A DNA stretch of 42,427 nt from Kofleriaceae bacterium (lineage in GTDB: Bacteria; Myxococcota_A; Polyangia; Haliangiales; Haliangiaceae), in NCBI GenBank assembly GCA_965215005.1, contig CBDCCZ010000016.1, forward strand, positions 1 through 42,427, given 5' to 3'. The number at the start of each line of letters is the position of its first letter. Position 1 is the first letter of the stretch. Shown piece after piece: positions 18,839-35,892 of the stretch. The translations under genes were made by a program, and so were the position numbers. The notes beneath the pieces were generated by a model, which did no database searches, was not told the DNA's origin, and saw nothing but the letters and a program-made list of their open reading frames with translations.

Positions 18839-21800
18839 TCAGCTCGGCAGCAGATCGCTTTCGTCCAGTGGCTCGATTTCTTCATCGAGTTCAGCAGCTT
18901 CCAAGAGGTCAGCGTCGTCGAGAAGGATCGCCGGCGCCGACAAGTCGGCGCTGTGCAGTCCCGGGGGAGCCGACGAGACAGTGACGTCGCTGCTCTCAAG
19001 GGCTTCGAAAAAGCGCCGGGAAAATGCCCGGTTGACAGTTTGCTCAATGGGTGCAGCGGCGGCGCGCACCTCGAGATCATCGGCGCGCGCCGCGGCGGCA
19101 CGCTCCAGGGCCAGCCGCGCCACGCCAGCGGCTGCCGCGTCGTCGGTGGCGGCCAGCTCCTGCACCTGGTGGGAGCCGCCGCGCGCCGCGGCGTACGCCA
19201 GCGCCCAGCCGGCGCGATCGCGGCCATCGGCGTCGGCCGCCTCGAGCCGAGCAGCCAGTGGCGCCACCGCGGCCGCCCCCGCCGCCCCGAGCGCTCGCGC
19301 GACCTCACGCCAAATTTCGGTTGGCTCGGTGAGCAGCAGCGCGGCCACCGCGGCCAGCCCCTGCTCGGCGCCGAGTGTCCCCAGGGCGAGGGCGCAGCCG
19401 TGGCGGAGGTAGGCCTTGTGACTCGCCAGCCCGGCGATGAGCGGGGCGCTCGCTGCGTCGCCGAAGCCGACCGCCGCACACAGCGCGGCCCCCGCCTCGG
19501 CACGCGGCATCTTGCGAATCGCCGCGAACACCGGCGCGACTGCCTCGGCGGTGCCACGTCGCGCCAGCTCGAGCGCCGCGGGCAAGCGACGACTGCCATC
19601 ACTGAGCATCTCGACGAGGGCGGCGGTGGCCGCTTGGCCGACCTCGAGCGGCACCTGGACGCGGTTGCCGCCGATCATCCCGGTGACTGTGGGCTCCGAA
19701 TCGCTGGAGATCGCGCCGCCGCGGCGCGCGCGAGCGGCCCGCCGAGCCTCTGGCCTAACCGACACCTGCTGGCGCTCCGCTTCGGCCGCCAGCGCCGCCC
19801 AATTGTCGAGCACCGCGTCCTCGTCGAGATCGTGCTCGCCGCGCTCGGTCAACGCCGCAAACTGCTCTTGCAGCCGCTCGACGAGGGCGGCGCGGTCGCC
19901 GGCGAGACCTTCGGCGACCGCAAGCGCCCCGAGCTCATCGCCGAGCCAAAGTCCCAGCGCCACCGCCCGCTCCATCACCGCGCGGCGCTGAGCTCGCCAG
20001 CGCGGCAGCGGAAAACTGCGTACGAGCACCAGGAAGCGTTGCCGCTCGGGCTTGCTGAAGCGCCGCACGATGTGCAGCGCCCAGCGCACGTTCTGCGCGC
20101 TCTCCAGCGCGTAGAGTTTGTCCTCGCGCAGCTCGCGCAGCTCCGGGTGACGCCAGCCAAAGCGGTCGAAGCTGGGCTCGGCGAACGCCGCGCTCGCGGC
20201 GGCCATGGATCGCTCCGCCGCTGCGAGCTGGCCATCATGCGCAGCAGCGGCGGCGAGCACTGCGGCGACGTTCTCGGCCAGCTCATTCGTGGCAAGCGAG
20301 GTGGCGCGCACCAGCGTGTGCTGCTCATCGTAGAGCTCCAGCGCGAGCGGCTCGCCGGCGGCTAATCGTTCGAGCACCGCGCGCTCGCTGGCAACGGCGA
20401 CATCGAGCAGCACCGCAGACGGCTCTTGCACGCCATCCACCGCCGTTCGGCCCAGGAGCGCCAGCACCACCAACGGCGCCGTGGGCAGCTCGTGGAGCAG
20501 CACGCGGAGCTCGGGCTCCTCGCCGAGGTCGCGAAGTGCCGCCGGCGCCAGCGACAGCGCGAGACGCGCGCGGCCGTTCTCATCGATCCAGGTACGCTCG
20601 GTCCAGATGCGCCCAGTGCCGATGTCGCCGGCGGGCTCTGCGCCGGCAGCCGCATCATATTTTTGCGGTGCTGCCGCTAGCTCGGCGGAGGGAGCCGTAG
20701 CGAAGCCGGGCATCGCAGCGGTCACCGTGTCTTCCGGCAGGGCCGCTGGCGCGACGCCGCGTGCGCGACCATCGGGCTCCCTCGACGTCTCTTCCGCGGG
20801 TTGTGGCGGCTCCGGCGAGCCGGTGCGCACTGCAGCCGAGTCGTCGCGGGCGATGGGGGCGATGGGCTCAATCGCTGGCACCGTGTCTGTCGCTTCCGGC
20901 TCAGCTCCGCTTTCAGGCGCTCCTTCGGGGTGCTGGCCCGCGGCTCCCGGCCCGTCGCTCGCGACGCTTGTAAGCAGTTCCTCGGAGCCGGTTTCCTGGC
21001 CCGCGGCAATCCCCTCCGGCTCGATCTCATCCCACCCTTCATCGCCGCGCTGCTCCCCGGTGACGCCGAGCCCCCCGTCAGCGTCGTGGCCAGAAGGGCC
21101 CACGGAACCTGCCGCTGCCTGCTCGACCCGTTGCGCTGACACCGCCGCGGGCGCGCCCTCGGAGCCCGGCTCCAGCTCCGCGAGCTCGACGCGTCCGGTG
21201 GCGTCTTCCTCGCTGGCGGCGGCGCGAATCGGCCGCGTCGGCGGCTCGCCGTCCTCGGCACCACGACTCGGGTGGCTTGCGGCGAGCGCCGCGTCGCGCA
21301 TCCGAGTCTGCTCATGCGCCAGCCGCACAGCGCGCCGCTCGAGCTCGACCAACCGCCGGTCCATCGCCGCATCGCGGTCATCGAGTGAACGCCGCAGCTC
21401 TTCGAGGTCGTGATAGCGCCGCTCGAGCTCCACGGTCCGCTCCTCGAGCTCGCCGCGGCGAGCATCGAGAGCGGCAGCCTCGGCACGCAACGTATCCTCG
21501 CGGCGCACCAAGCTTGCTCGCTGCCGCTGCAGCACCACCGCGTTCTCGGCCTCGCGCTGCGACGCCAACGTTCGCTCGGCCTCGAGCTCGAGCAGCGCCT
21601 GCAGGCCGGCGGCGCCAAACACCACGGCGAAATCGCGGGCGTAGCTCGGAACCGCCACGGTGGTGTCGGCGGCCAAGGCTGCCGCTAAGGCAGCGCGCTC
21701 GTGGAGCTCGCGATGGCGCTGCGAGGGGGGCACCACCAACACCAACAACGCATTGCTCGGGTCGTGATACAGCACCGCCAGCTCGACCCGATGCAGCTGG

Positions 21801-22015
21801 CCGCAGCCGGGGCACGTGACGCTGCCAAGGGCGCTGTGATCGCTAACGTGCAGCCGCGCCGCGAGCTCGGGGTCGGTGGTGACGTTGATGGCCGCCTGGA
21901 CCTCGAGCGCGACGATTCCCGCCTGCGGGCAGCTGTAGTGAACGTGCTGCGTGCGCGTGCGCCCCAGTTCCCCTTGATAGCTGCCCACTTGAGCGGCAGG
22001 CGTCCCCCGTGCCAT
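18839..22015 (-). CDS. CpXC-domain / coiled-coil / HEAT-repeat protein with acidic C-terminal tail
   Basis: YSCPQAG...VTCPGCG...VLYHDP (CpXC pattern), E/R-rich coiled coil, disordered linker, HEAT repeats (YLRHGCALALG, EIWREVARALG), tail LDEEIEPLDESDLLPS. Confidence 0.8.
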   Translation of the reverse strand: MARGTPAAQVGSYQGELGRTRTQHVHYSCPQAGIVALEVQAAINVTTDPELAARLHVSDHSALGSVTCPGCGQLHRVELAVLYHDPSNALLVLVVPPSQRHRELHERAALAAALAADTTVAVPSYARDFAVVFGAAGLQALLELEAERTLASQREAENAVVLQRQRASLVRREDTLRAEAAALDARRGELEERTVELERRYHDLEELRRSLDDRDAAMDRRLVELERRAVRLAHEQTRMRDAALAASHPSRGAEDGEPPTRPIRAAASEEDATGRVELAELEPGSEGAPAAVSAQRVEQAAAGSVGPSGHDADGGLGVTGEQRGDEGWDEIEPEGIAAGQETGSEELLTSVASDGPGAAGQHPEGAPESGAEPEATDTVPAIEPIAPIARDDSAAVRTGSPEPPQPAEETSREPDGRARGVAPAALPEDTVTAAMPGFATAPSAELAAAPQKYDAAAGAEPAGDIGTGRIWTERTWIDENGRARLALSLAPAALRDLGEEPELRVLLHELPTAPLVVLALLGRTAVDGVQEPSAVLLDVAVASERAVLERLAAGEPLALELYDEQHTLVRATSLATNELAENVAAVLAAAAAHDGQLAAAERSMAAASAAFAEPSFDRFGWRHPELRELREDKLYALESAQNVRWALHIVRRFSKPERQRFLVLVRSFPLPRWRAQRRAVMERAVALGLWLGDELGALAVAEGLAGDRAALVERLQEQFAALTERGEHDLDEDAVLDNWAALAAEAERQQVSVRPEARRAARARRGGAISSDSEPTVTGMIGGNRVQVPLEVGQAATAALVEMLSDGSRRLPAALELARRGTAEAVAPVFAAIRKMPRAEAGAALCAAVGFGDAASAPLIAGLASHKAYLRHGCALALGTLGAEQGLAAVAALLLTEPTEIWREVARALGAAGAAAVAPLAARLEAADADGRDRAGWALAYAAARGGSHQVQELAATDDAAAAGVARLALERAAAARADDLEVRAAAAPIEQTVNRAFSRRFFEALESSDVTVSSAPPGLHSADLSAPAILLDDADLLEAAELDEEIEPLDESDLLPS

Positions 22016-22055
22016 CTCATGCGTGTACCACAGCCGATCGCGGCGGTCACGCCGC

Positions 22056-22084
22056 TTGACCACCTAGGGGGTGCTTGCCACACT
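22056..22084 (+). promoter_or_regulatory. Sigma70-type promoter, probably leaderless
   Basis: TTGACC-17 nt-CACACT with extended TG, 7 nt before the ATG at 22092. Confidence 0.6.
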
Positions 22085-22091
22085 GCCGCCG

Positions 22092-22619
22092 ATGTCCTCC
22101 GAGACCGCCACGTTGGCCAAGGTCGCCGATCACGCCCAGCAAACCGTGGAATACGTCCAACGCGCGCTCGGCCTCGAGCTCACCTACGACAGCGAGACCC
22201 TGCCGCTGCTGGACCACTACCTGCGCACAGTTCCCGCCGATCTACCGCCCACCGTCGCCTTGGTGCTGGCGACCGCGGGCGCTTACTTCGGCGAGGTCGT
22301 GCGGCGCCACCTGGGTGGGCGTTGGGAGTTAGGCACCAGCGATGCAACCGAATGGCGACTCATCCTGCCTACCGGCTTTAGCTTCGTGCCCGCGGGCATG
22401 GTCGCCGCCGCCATCCTCCGCAGCGATGACATCGAGGACGTCGAGACCGAATTCGATTGTCCCGCCGGTGCCCGTCCCTATCTCGAAGAAGCTCTCGACC
22501 GCATGGCCGACGTCACCGAGGACGACTACTACTCTCTGTGCGGCCGCCTCGACACCTTCGAGCACCTCCAGGCCGTGCTGCTGGCCGTCGCCGAGCAGCT
22601 GCGCGCGCAACAGAATTAG
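22092..22619 (+). CDS. Conserved-looking hypothetical protein
   Basis: Strong GC3 codon bias; LTYDSETLPLLDHYL and GAYFGEVVRRHLGGRW motifs; matching promoter upstream. Confidence 0.8.
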   Translation: MSSETATLAKVADHAQQTVEYVQRALGLELTYDSETLPLLDHYLRTVPADLPPTVALVLATAGAYFGEVVRRHLGGRWELGTSDATEWRLILPTGFSFVPAGMVAAAILRSDDIEDVETEFDCPAGARPYLEEALDRMADVTEDDYYSLCGRLDTFEHLQAVLLAVAEQLRAQQN

Positions 22620-22627
22620 CGCGGCGC

Positions 22628-23257
22628 TTATGCCTTGAGCGGCGCGCCGGTGGCAGCGCGAACTTCTTCGAGCGTGACTCCGGGCGCCAGCTCCACCAGC
22701 GAAAACCCCTCTGCGGTGCAGTCGAGCACCGCGAGCTCGGTGATGACGCGGTCGACCACGGCGCGCGCGGTCAGCGGATAGCTGCAGTCGACTACCAGCT
22801 TGGGCTCGCCGGTCTTGGTGACGTGGCTCATCAGCACCACGATGCGGCGCGCGCCGCTTGCCAGATCCATGGCGCCGCCGATGCCCATGGTGCGGCCGCC
22901 TGGCACCGCCCAGTTGGCCAGATCGCCCTGCGCAGACACCTGCATGGCGCCTAGGAACGCGACGTCGACGTGGCCGCCGCGGATCATCGCAAACGATAGT
23001 GCGGAATCAAATGTGGAGCCCCCCGGCAATACCGTGACGGTTTGCTTTCCCGCATTGATGAGCTGGGAATCCTCCTGGCCCTCAAGGGGGAAAGGGCCCA
23101 TGCCGAGCAAGCCGTTTTCACTCTGCAGCCAGATGCCTTGGCCTTCGGGCAAGTGATCGGCCACCAGCGTGGGCAAGCCAATGCCGAGGTTGACGATGCT
23201 GCCCGGCGCGATTTCCTTGGCAGCGCGGGCGGCAATTTGCGTGCGATCAAACGACAT
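22628..23257 (-). CDS. scoB: 3-oxoacid CoA-transferase subunit B
   Basis: VNLGIGLPTLV, catalytic LQSENG, MIRGGH, GDLANW, GGAMDL. Confidence 0.93.
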   Translation of the reverse strand: MSFDRTQIAARAAKEIAPGSIVNLGIGLPTLVADHLPEGQGIWLQSENGLLGMGPFPLEGQEDSQLINAGKQTVTVLPGGSTFDSALSFAMIRGGHVDVAFLGAMQVSAQGDLANWAVPGGRTMGIGGAMDLASGARRIVVLMSHVTKTGEPKLVVDCSYPLTARAVVDRVITELAVLDCTAEGFSLVELAPGVTLEEVRAATGAPLKA

Positions 23258-23964
23258 CGGCGGTCCTCACGGTGCGGTATTCGAACGGATCCTCGTGCTC
23301 GCGCACCTCGACCAATCGGTGGACGAAGATGCCCGGCAGGTGAACGTCGTCGGGATCGATGGCACCGAGCTCGACGAGGGCATCGGTTTCGACAATGGTG
23401 GTGCGCGCGGCGGTCGCCATGATCGGCGAGAAGTTGCGTGCGGTACGCCAGAAGCGCAGGTTGCCGAAGCGATCGGCCACGCGAGCGCGAATCAGCGCGA
23501 AGTCGGCATGCAGCGCTCGCTCGAGCACGTAGTCGGTGCCGTCGAAGCAGCGGGTCTCCTTGCCGTCGGCGACCACGGTGCCCACGCCCGTGGGGGTGTA
23601 GAAACCGGCGATGCCGGCGCCAGCGGCACGCATGCGCTCGACGAAGGTGCCCTGCGGCATGACCTCGACCTCGATGGTGCCGGCCGCCATCATGCGGTGC
23701 AGGTCTTCGTTGTTGCCCAAGTAGGTGCACTGCACCTTCTTGACGATGCCCGCTTGCAGCCACGTCGCCAGCCCCTTGCCGAGGTTGCCGGCGTTGTTGC
23801 TGATGAGCGTGAGGTCTTTGACGCCACGCGCGACCACGCCTTCGATGAGCGCCTCGGCATTGCCGCAGAGCCCAAAGCCTCCAACCATGATGCGCGCGCC
23901 GTCGCTAACCTCGGCGAGCGCTTCGGCCACCGTGGAGACGACCTTGTCGCGATGACGTCCGGGT

Positions 23965-23972
<8 letters not shown>
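23247..23972 (-). CDS. scoA: 3-oxoacid CoA-transferase subunit A
   Basis: [57 protein letters not shown]. Confidence 0.93.
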
Positions 23973-29867
<5,895 letters not shown>

Positions 29868-30148
29868 GTGCTTCCTCATGAGATGAAATAACGCGAGCTT
29901 GACGAGCCGGGCAGGAGTACTGCTCCGCCTGGATGCGGTCAAGTCATAGCACTGGCCATTGCAGCGGCGCCGCGCCTTGATTCGCCGCGCCCGGGGCGCG
30001 CTAGACTCGGCCGGCGTCGTCGTCGGATCACGGCGGAGGGCCTGCCGAAGTGACCGCCTGCGATGGTATACCTTTGCCCCACCGTGCGTTGGCCCCATTA
30101 CAGCCGGTCATCCTCCCCCGCCGGGGAGGACGCCTCGCCGAGGCGCCG

Positions 30149-31939
<1,791 letters not shown>

Positions 31940-32027
31940 CGCTTGGTACCGGCGCGCGCACGCGGTCGATGGGAGGCGAGTCCAATCGCGCCATCCGTCA
32001 CGGCGCGCCCCTGCGACAGACTGGCAA

Positions 32028-32696
32028 TTAGGCGCGGGAAACGACGTACGCGGCCGTAATAACGTAGCCGCTGGTCCAACGGTAATTGACGACTGTACGC
32101 CTAAGATCGCAAAACGACGACCGCGCCGCGAATTGTCCACTTGCTACAGGCTCGAGCTCAACTTCCAAGAAATCCACGACCCTACGCCACTGGTGGAACA
32201 TGCATTTATAGATGCTCTCCTTGGCGCTAAACAGCGCGGTTCGCATGACCTCTGGTTGATCCTTCAGCCAAGCTCGCTCGTGCTCGGTTGCGAGCGAGGA
32301 AAGCAGCGATTCATCGACAGCGAGCTCGCATTCGGCATCGAGGCCCAAGCCAGCGAGACTCTGCATAGGTGCAACCGCTGCCGCACAGAGTCCATCACAG
32401 TGCGTGATACTACCGACCACTCCTGGCGGCAGCAGCGGTTCTCGATGAGCGCCAACTGGTATTGTCGCTTCGGCAATGCCGAGAGCGCGCAGCGCCTCGC
32501 GAGCGCAATGTCGGCCAGCCGCAAACTCCCGTTGCCTCTTGGGCACTGCTCGCGCAACGAAGGACGCTTCCTCGGGGGTGAGTAGCGAAACCTCCCCAAG
32601 ACGCTGCGTATAGTGAAAACGAGCAGCCTCGGGGAGCAACTGGTCGAAAACGACTTCCATGGATTTCATGAGGATTGGCGAGAGCATCTTCGACAC
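32028..32696 (-). CDS. 4'-phosphopantetheinyl transferase (EntD/PptT-like); start uncertain
   Basis: KRQREFAAGRHCAREAL, GSITHC, GLDAE and FSAKESIYK motifs. Confidence 0.88.
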   Translation of the reverse strand: MSKMLSPILMKSMEVVFDQLLPEAARFHYTQRLGEVSLLTPEEASFVARAVPKRQREFAAGRHCAREALRALGIAEATIPVGAHREPLLPPGVVGSITHCDGLCAAAVAPMQSLAGLGLDAECELAVDESLLSSLATEHERAWLKDQPEVMRTALFSAKESIYKCMFHQWRRVVDFLEVELEPVASGQFAARSSFCDLRRTVVNYRWTSGYVITAAYVVSRA

Positions 32697-32916
32697 GACG
32701 CCCGGGCACGGCTAACGTCCAACTCTACTCCGCCCAGAGCGATTCGTAGCAACTGTCGTTGCCAGGGCAAAACGAACGTCGCGGTTCAGTTCGAACCAGC
32801 CCGAAAAGCCAACCTGCCGTCGAACAGCGTCTCGAGACTGTCGACCACCCGTTCAAGCAGGCAACTTTATTTGCTTAACGGGCAATGCCCTTGCCGACTA
32901 TTGCGAGCGAGCTGCA

Positions 32917-32932
32917 TGGCTCACTCGTTGCT
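32917..32932 (+). promoter_or_regulatory. Sigma54 -24/-12 promoter
   Basis: TGGCTCACTCGTTGCT fits TGGC-N7-TTGC with correct GG/GC spacing; predicted +1 falls a few nt before the ATG at 32946. Confidence 0.65.
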
Positions 32933-32945
32933 CTAGCACGCGAGC

Positions 32946-33386
32946 ATGAAAATCTCTTACCTACTCAAGTTCATCATGATGACGCTGCTCGCCGCCGGCA
33001 CCACCTTCGGCGCGAGTGGCTGCCTCCTCGAAGAAGAAGCACCCACCGACGATGAGGCGCTCGTCGACGATGGCTCCCTCACCGAACCTCTCGATGACCG
33101 CGCGGACGGCAGTTACTTCGTCTGCACCCCCGAAATGTTTCAGACCATCGTCAGCTGCGGGCCGGTCGCCTGGGACGTCGCCAAAGCCATCGCGTTCAAC
33201 CGCCCATGGGAGGCCATCGGCGCCATCGCGCAGGGTACCGACTGCCTGCAGAGTAGCTGGGACCTGTTCCAGTGCTGGCACGGCAATCGCCGCCAAGGCC
33301 GGCAATGCAGCGCCAATCGTTGGGCCTTCGACGAGGCCGCCGATGGTCGCGGCGATGGTGTTCCAGGCGGCTATCTCTGCCGCTGA
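32946..33386 (+). CDS. Cys-rich hypothetical lipoprotein
   Basis: Signal peptide with lipobox ASGC, acidic linker, six further cysteines; good codon bias. Confidence 0.8.
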   Translation: MKISYLLKFIMMTLLAAGTTFGASGCLLEEEAPTDDEALVDDGSLTEPLDDRADGSYFVCTPEMFQTIVSCGPVAWDVAKAIAFNRPWEAIGAIAQGTDCLQSSWDLFQCWHGNRRQGRQCSANRWAFDEAADGRGDGVPGGYLCR

Positions 33387-33468
33387 CCCCCATGAGTGCC
33401 GAGGCGCGTGATTCCACCTCGCGGCAGCCGACAATCTGAGCCGCCGCAAGCCCTCCGCGCCCTAATTC

Positions 33469-33516
33469 GAAACCCGGCCGCGGGTACGCGATCCCGTCAA
33501 CCCGCGGCCGGATTTC
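33469..33516. repeat. Inverted repeat / stem-loop downstream of the lipoprotein gene
   Basis: gaaacccggccgcgggt ... acccgcggccggatttc, 16 of 17 positions complementary, 14-nt loop. Confidence 0.75.
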
Positions 33517-33905
33517 CAGCCGACATCGTGGTGGAGTCAACCTCGATCGGGCTCTCGCGGCCGAGGCTGAATCCTGCGACCGAATGGACGAGGTACTGGG
33601 CGAAAGCAACCAACCGGGCCTCTTGCAAACGAGTCTTCCGACAGCGCGCGAGCAGCGTGCAATTCGCAGCCAGTCACGCCCCATAAGGTGCGTGAACACC
33701 GCATCATCAAGTACACCCTCAAGATGCCGCCGTTCACGCTAGACAGCACACCGCTCGCCCGTCATCGCCGTAACGGCTGCCACCTCAGTGCGAACGATGA
33801 AAGTTCGTTTGCGTCAAAGAAGAAGCTCCAGTGGGCGCACCCCGTGAAACAGCTAAAACACAGGGCAAACTCAAAGAGCTTCGCATCGCCGCCCGCTCTC
33901 TTCGC

Positions 33906-34533
33906 TCATTCTTTGTCGAGCGGGGTTCCTTGTTCTATCGTAAGCAATCTAGTTGCCTCTAAAAACAACAGCATTTCGGCAGACTCTTCGGATAGCACTG
34001 ACTGATCATTGTAGCGAACCGCAAATACGCCCCCAGACGTATCGACATAGCCGACAAGAATGCTCTGGTTGATAGCTATCAATTGCATGGCATCGCAGAT
34101 ATCATTTTCTGCGCCATCGCACGCTGGCCTAGCAGGCGTCCCCGCGTCTGACTGTTCGGTCAATTCTGCATCGCGATCATATGCATCCAGTCGCTCGCGA
34201 GAAAACCAGGCGTTTAGCCTCCTCTAAGGTAGTCTGCGCACTGCTCAGTCCGTACATGAGTCCAGATGGACTAGCAATAGGCCCAGCGCGCAGCTCGCCA
34301 TCATCAATGCGTATGAGGAGATGACCAAACTCGCCGGAACCCCTTTCAATAGTATAAGAGATCTCTGCGGTTCTCGGCGGCACATCGCCTCCGCCTCCAG
34401 AACACGATGTCAATACCTGAATGCCAATAGCTACCACCAAAGAGAGTAGCAATGGACGAGCCAGCAATCTCCTGACTATATTGCATTCGCTCGGAGCCTG
34501 ACGGCAAACATTGATCTTTAAATTTATTGGCAT
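33906..34533 (-). pseudogene. AT-rich hypothetical lipoprotein gene split by a frameshift near 34200
   Basis: ORF 34177-34533 has a signal peptide and VLTSC lipobox-like motif. Shifting frame at ...KRLVF gives SRERLDAYDRDAELTEQSDAG..., which runs into ORF 33906-34163. Confidence 0.5.
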
Positions 34534-34764
34534 AGGTCATTCACCGTGTAAAAGTAACCTCTATTATCGAGCTGCGCATTCGGGCATTCTACGTAGCGCG
34601 TTCTAAGCCTTTGGTTCGCATCTACTAAAGCTCGTCTACGAATGGAGTAGTTACTATAAACACCCGATCGATAATATTGAGTAAGTCACTAAACCTGTAA
34701 AGCATTGGCGCCTCTATCCGAATTGCGCGTGTCGCAGCTTGATGCATTAGGACAATCGTTAGAC

Positions 34765-35260
34765 CGGTGGGCGGCGGCGCGTGCATCATGACCACGACGC
34801 AGCGTGCTCGGTCGATGAGGCCGAGGTCGGTGTCGAAGATGTCGAGCCGCTCGTCGAGCGACGCTGCGTCATTGAGCACCGCAAGACGCTGCGTCATTGA
34901 GCACCGCAAAGTGGTAGCCGCCGGCGTCGGACGATACATCGGCGGCCCGAAGTAAGCGCGGTAGGCAGCGTCGCCATCATGCCAATCGTGATTGCCGGGA
35001 ATGGGCACGTGGGGCACATCGATGGCACGGATTGCCGCCCCGACCGTTTCGAACCTGGAAGCGCACCCAAATGATACCATCGCGACTCCAGCGCGGGCCA
35101 TCATAGACACCCGTGGCATCGGTCGTGACGTAGCGACGGTGCTCGGAGAACAGTACGGCGTCTCCAACGGGGCGATCGCCGGCAGAGAACACGCAGTCAC
35201 CGTCGCGGTCGATGAACACGCGGCCACACAGAATTCCACCATCAGGAGACGCATCGGCAG
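34765..35260 (-). pseudogene. Degraded calcineurin-like phosphoesterase
   Basis: Fragments in different frames: GRVFIDRDGD...TTDATGVY (N-terminal beta domain), VPIPGNHDW, YFGPPMY, DAGGYHFAVLND, VVVMMHAPP. The DxH and GD motifs and the C-terminus are missing. Confidence 0.7.
34860..34909. repeat. 25-bp perfect tandem duplication
   Basis: gacgctgcgtcattgagcaccgcaa at 34860 and 34885. Confidence 0.95.
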
Positions 35261-35593
35261 CGCCCGCGAGAGTGCACGGCTCACGCTCAGCGCCGCAGCC
35301 GGCCGTAGCCGCCACGCGAATCGTCACTTGAGGCACGGTCTTCGCCACGATCGAACAAAAGCTGCGCAGATCCATCGTCAACCTTCCCAATGCTACCGTG
35401 GCGTCGAGCTCGGCCTCACGAGCACCGTGGCGAAAGCTCGCACGCGGCGGCCGGACCGGCAGTGAGACGAGATAGACATGCAGGCGACGGTGGACGGCGA
35501 ACGACCGAGCGGAGCATCGGCCGGCGTTGGGGCGCCTCACCGGGGGCGATCGCTACCTCGAATCGAGTTGCCGATCGGACTGCGGCGGCGGGG

Positions 35594-35622
35594 TTGTAAG
35601 CGGCGAGGGGCTGTGGCATAGT
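35594..35622 (+). promoter_or_regulatory. Sigma70-type promoter of rpmG-rpmB
   Basis: TTGTAA-17 nt-CATAGT with extended -10 TG; GGAG RBS at 35667-35670. Confidence 0.55.
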
Positions 35623-35680
35623 CCCGCGTCCTGTTGCCATTCGGGCTGCAGGGGCTCGGAATCGTTGGAGTTACAGAACC

Positions 35681-35854
35681 ATGGCGAAGAAGACCAAATC
35701 CGGCCGCGAGAAGATCCGCATGGTGTCGAGCGCGGGTACCGGCTTTTTTTATACGACGACCAAGAATCGCAAGCGAACCCCGGACAAGCTCGTGCTCAAG
35801 AAGTACGACCCGGTGGTCCGCAAGCACGTCGAGTTCAAAGAGTCTAAAATCTGA
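35681..35854 (+). CDS. rpmG: 50S ribosomal protein L33, cysteine-free form (absent from the ORF track, 57 aa)
   Basis: Translates to [57 protein letters not shown]. Confidence 0.97.
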   Translation: MAKKTKSGREKIRMVSSAGTGFFYTTTKNRKRTPDKLVLKKYDPVVRKHVEFKESKI

Positions 35855-35892
35855 CCCGTCGGGTCGATTGCAGCGTTTACGAGAGGGTCGCC

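Noticed and set aside
33690..33739. AAC...GTT-bounded hairpin as an integron attC site
   Set aside because: The ends do not match RYYYAAC/GTTRRRY, the L-box pairing is poor, and there is no integrase or cassette array.
33858..33900. cacagggcaaac resembles the 5' end of a c-di-GMP-I riboswitch
   Set aside because: The GAAA tetraloop stem, GACGCAAAGC junction and tetraloop receptor are not present, and no gene lies downstream on that strand.
35632..35652. Possible Zur box in the rpmG leader (tgttgccattcgggctgcagg)
   Set aside because: Only weakly palindromic and not AT-rich; cannot be supported without a lineage-specific matrix.
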